From Lingula anatina (Eukaryota > Animalia > Brachiopoda), in assembly GCA_051362555.1 (NCBI GenBank), contig CM120642.1:19716001-19780000 (forward strand): 64,000 bases of DNA. The letters are read 5' to 3'. The translations under genes and the position numbers were made by a program. Below are positions 62,135 to 64,000 of the stretch, piece after piece. How positions within the stretch are numbered: position 1 is the first letter of the stretch; each line of letters opens with the position of its first letter. The notes beneath the pieces are model-generated. The model worked only from the letters and a program-made list of their open reading frames with translations. It was not told the DNA's origin and searched no databases.

Positions 62135-64000
62135 GGGGCATCACTGTCTTCACTATCTGCTCAGTAAATGGCAGCTGGTTATTATCATGGGCTTGTTTTC
62201 ATATAAAAAAAAATTGAAAATTCCATGACATAAAAACTTTAATTCACAATGACTGCTTCTTAATGTGGGTATTCTTTTAAACAAATCTCAAGAAAGCTTT
62301 TGTGAAGCCTGGAAAGTAAAGGGCCTAAATGGAAAGTTTAGGGTGTGCATGTTAGTAGAAAAAAATTATGTTGCCAATTATTATTTAATACATGAACTTT
62401 CAATTTATTTCTGTGTTTCATGTTCCAATACTGCAACTGTAAAAATTGTGGACCATTATTAATACAATGTTTCACTTGGATTGTGCATTTAAAAAGTATT
62501 GCATCTGGAACCAGTGTGCATGCATGTAGAATTAATAGTGCTTTTATTATGTATGTAAAATGTGGTGATATGTACATAATATATTTTTATCCAACAAAAC
62601 ATGTAATTTTTAGTAAAATGAAGTTTATAAAAAATGTAAAATGGTACAACAGAGACAATTTTGTTATGTTTACCGGTATATTGTGCTACAGGTACTACTA
62701 GTTACTGTAGTTCTACTCCAGTAATGTACACACTAGTGAAAGGCTTACATTCCCCCTCCCATCCCATCCAATTTATCTTTTCAAAACTCTGGTGCACCAA
62801 CAACCAGACACACTTTATCAAATATACCTTAAGAAAACACATTCTTAGCTTATATTACCTGAAAAGATAAACTTTATTGGTTTATTTTCTTGAATATGCT
62901 TCAAATTTGATTCATTTGACCTATGACCCCATTTTACTACAAGTGTGGCATGATTCAGTGTTACATTGTATGTGGAAACACCGTAACACACCATCCTCCT
63001 GCCATCCAGCATAATTTTGGTAAACATGCCTTGAATTCACTTGGGAGTTGTTGTTGAAATGGCCTTTTATCTATATAGGCTATTCGTGAAAAAAATACTT
63101 TCCCGCACCAGTATTCCCTCTTTGTAAATTTGTGCATTATGCGTAAGATACAACCTACACCAATAGATCCCTGCATTGAACCATCCCCTGTATCATTACC
63201 GTATACGCGCATCATAACTCCCCACACCGAAAATCGCATCATTGCTTCCCCGCATCTTTACTCTCCTGCATACTGGTAGTTACTTCCCCGATACATTCTT
63301 CACATTACCGACATTGTTATTTATCAATATATTAAAAATAGGCCATGTAAATTGATTAGTTGGCTAACAAATCAGGAGCGGGGCTTACCCTTAATTTGAG
63401 TTTTTTTTTTTGTTTTTTTTTGCAAATGGAAAAATGCATTGGGAAGGCCTGTTTGCAAGCTAAATGGAAAAATTACAACTGGCCCCAGGGAACCCCTTGA
63501 TGATGGTGCTTATAAATATATGCTTTTAAATCACCTACATGTACACTTTTGATTTAACATACTCTTTTGTATAAACATTTTTTTTTTCAATTCTGAGTCT
63601 GACTGACCATAAAATTAAGTGGCACTGCTCATTAATCTTATTTGAAATTGAAAAAGAAAAAAAAATTAAATTTGTCCAACGATCATGTTTTTTATACTGT
63701 AGTGTAATATTACACCACAGGTGCTGTTTAGTGCTGTTCATTATTTTGTGAACTGCACTTATAGAAGATATGTCAATTTCTTCCTCTTCTTTCGGTGGAA
63801 TATCCATTCAATGTATCAAGTAAAATTTGCGAATTGGAAAATTTAACTGGTGAGCTGAATGCCAAAATGTGTCCAAAACTGAACAAATTTAGTCAAAGAT
63901 GATATTTACAAATAGGCTTTAAAGGTGGCGCCATTGTAAACTTTTATTTGCAGTGGACAAAAAAAAGCACTCATACAACTAATTTGTGGTCAAATTATTT

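Noticed and set aside
62961-63807. Minus-strand ORFs 62961-63242 and 63535-63807 as exons of a further gene
   Set aside because: No recognisable domain or consistent splice pattern.

Overview
AT-rich, intron-rich animal DNA. An invertebrate, possibly a mollusc or other lophotrochozoan, is inferred from gene and repeat style and cannot be proven here. Five spliced protein-coding genes can be assembled by hand with phase-consistent GT-AG junctions: the 3' part of a SLAIN-family microtubule +TIP gene (+), two tandem TRPC-family cation channels (+; one divergent 857 aa, one canonical TRP-gamma/TRPC4-5-like 954 aa), MITD1 (-) and SPATA4 (+), the last two head-to-head. The repeat landscape has four parts. 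(1) Two oppositely oriented copies of a non-autonomous Helentron/HINE-like element whose 146-bp internal tandem unit is packed with nuclear-receptor half-sites; the complete copy lies about 110 bp past the MITD1 stop codon. (2) Several foldback MITEs with TAA target-site duplications (PIF/Harbinger-like). (3) A 5-kb modular satellite with higher-order structure. (4) A frameshifted Myb/SANT (trihelix) exon relic right next to that satellite. No RNA genes, CRISPR arrays or autonomous transposase were found.
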